DNA of 64,000 nucleotides, from positions 23,182,950-23,246,949 of the forward strand of contig NC_134029.1 in the NCBI RefSeq assembly GCF_964204645.1, in the 5' to 3' direction. Source of the DNA: Tubulanus polymorphus. Lineage: Eukaryota > Animalia > Nemertea. Below are positions 62,007-64,000 of the stretch, piece after piece. How positions within the stretch are numbered: position 1 is the first letter of the stretch; each line of letters starts with the position of its first letter. Made by a program: the position numbers and the translations under genes. Below the pieces are notes generated by a model. The model made no database searches. It had not been told where the DNA came from and was given only the letters and a program-made list of their open reading frames with translations.

Positions 62007-64000
62007 TTAGAACTGCGAGAACTGTCCGCCGCCCTGCGACAAAGCCTGCGAGTGCATGTACGCGCGGTCGCCCTGGTACGTCGAATCCTGCGACAACAGC
62101 GGATCGACTTGCGACTTGAACTCGTCGCCCATGTAGCTATCCTGCGAGAACTCGGGCTGCGACAGACCCGGCTGACTCATCGGGAACGGTTGACTCATCG
62201 AGAGACCGGCTTGCGTTAGTGGGCCTTGCGAGTACGATTGAGTCGCATCCTGGAAATATTCAAAATACAAGAGTTTAAACAATGTCAGTATATAACATAC
62301 AGGACTGATCTACGAGTTTGAATATAACGGCTTTTATCGCCTCAACGTCACAGTTTGAGGGACTGGACAACTGTGGGACTAGATCAAGCTTCAACAGTTG
62401 GCTCTTACTTTTTTGTATAACACGTGATATTAAAATTAGTTTTTATTTCCAATGTTTTAAACTACCGAGACAAATATCAACACAGAACTATAGAACCAGG
62501 TTGTTTACCACCAGTGAAGTAAATAAACACGTGGAATAGTAGTGGAATTGGGTCCTGAATCTATATTCGTAAATCGGACAGGTTTTGATCGATCTATTAC
62601 CTGGCTCGCCTGGCTATCAACTGGTGTATTCTGACTCATTTGACTGTTATTCATCGACTGTTGCGTATTACCGTATCGAGGTGGTTTACGGTAATGCGAA
62701 CTGTTACCGCCGGCGCCGCGCCCACGAGTAGACCCTTTACCGCCGTGTCCAACTGAAATAATAGAATTTCATCGATCAGAGTAATGTGTGGATATTCAGG
62801 GCAGATCTTCCGGAATAATCGAAGAACTCAAACTTCCATATATCAGATACGCATTTGATGTAACTGGTCTTAAATCTTAAGAATGGTCTTAAGTTGTCAG
62901 GTTGGCTATAGAACTAAGTTGGTCTTAGACCGGTGTTCAGTCCAAGCCGTGATTATACAACCGGCCCAAGGTTAGATGGGCTTAAGACCTTTTTCGAGAT
63001 AATTGACAAAATAAATGCGGGTTAAAATTCAGAACAAGATTGACTGAGAATCTACACTACTTACACGGTGAAACGACGTGTTGATTGTGAAACGGTGGCG
63101 GAGGTCCGGTCGGCATGAACATATTCACCGGCACCGGGAAATTCAAACCCATTCCGTTATACGTACGATTAGGTCCGATAAAACCCATCTGATCGTGATG
63201 TCGTACGAAGCCGTCGTGTCGATAGTTCGGACCTAGATTGAAAATAAATTCAACGTGCATTATCAAAAGTGGAACTTTCAGATTCGGTTGAACAGCTGTA
63301 AGTCGAGAGTTAACTCTACCATGGATTAAGTTACATCATTTTCAAATTGAGTTTACTCCATTTTGAATCAGAACTGTGAAACTGGCGTCTGCTGATGACT
63401 AAAACATTACTAACCTCCTCCTCCATTCATATGTCCGCGATCGTAAACACTTCCAGGAACTAAAACCTCCCTCGCATCGAACATTGTAGTGCACATAAAT
63501 CTTCCGCCCTAAAACCAATCATTACAACAGATCTTTATCTACTGGCACTTCAGCATTGAATGAGGACGCGTGGCAAGTGAGGATACCGCGAGGATGTACC
63601 AAGTATCACACTTAGTTACTGCGCTTAAATTTCTTCTACATTTTGAGCAAACTCCATTTGACTTTGGTTGAATATGGATAAATTTACGACGAAATCAATA
63701 CCGTGCACCAAGTGAGAATATCACATTCATTCAATGACTCGCTTTTAATCACATTAGAATTTGGAAGTAGAAAATTCCACTTCTACGTATTTCATTTAAA
63801 ATGAACCAATTTTTACTAAGTGAATGTGGCGCCATCTAGTACTACATTGGTTCTAGTTTTCACTATTTAAACTTACCGGGTTTGCTGTGTTAACGAGTTT
63901 TCTCGGTTTGCTGAATTGAATCATGCTTTCTTTAAGATTATTCAACGGTCCCTCGACCAGCACGTGGTTCTCCTTGTAGTGGTTTAACAGATGATTCCAT
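62007..64000 (-). CDS. UPF1: Regulator of nonsense transcripts 1 (UPF1 RNA helicase), 3' five exons; gene continues beyond the window
   Basis: Exons >64000-63877 ([41 protein letters not shown]), 63508-63415 ([24 protein letters not shown]), 63232-63065, 62752-62601, 62249-62007 (SQ-rich tail [34 protein letters not shown]...SQF*). Phases 0,1,1,0 are consistent. Confidence 0.97.
62865..62967 (+). mobile_element. Family A MITE copy, 5'-truncated, in a UPF1 intron
   Basis: TGGTCTTAAATCTTAAG...GGCTATAGAACTAAGTTGGTCTTAGACC...CAACCGGCCC. Confidence 0.75.

Overview
Eukaryotic, intron-containing animal DNA with AT-rich introns and CpG-rich exons; it looks like an invertebrate, but the taxon cannot be determined from the sequence. 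Layout: (1) a 41-bp tandem satellite filling 1-5425, which generates all the long ORFs there as artefacts; (2) a + strand GRAM-domain/transmembrane gene (GRAMD2-like) with three phase-compatible alternative first coding exons (8179, 10481, 19041) and its stop at 31404; (3) chondroitin sulfate synthase 1 on the - strand (2 coding exons, 799 aa); (4) divergent from it, RPRD2 (CID/RPR protein, 9 coding exons plus one candidate cassette exon, with a GC-AG intron); (5) convergent with RPRD2, the 3' five exons of UPF1. Introns and intergenic DNA are full of short non-autonomous elements (PIF/Harbinger-type with CWG target duplications, piggyBac-type TTAA, Tc1/pogo-type TA, hAT-like), one tRNA-derived SINE and several minisatellites. 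The least obvious signals are minimal type-I hammerhead ribozyme motifs of the Penelope-like-element kind (best copies 37387-37430 and 54194-54235, - strand) and a candidate 82-aa antisense gene nested in a GRAMD intron. All gene models were spliced and phase-checked by hand; no database searches were run. I found no clear evidence of a wholly new biological system.
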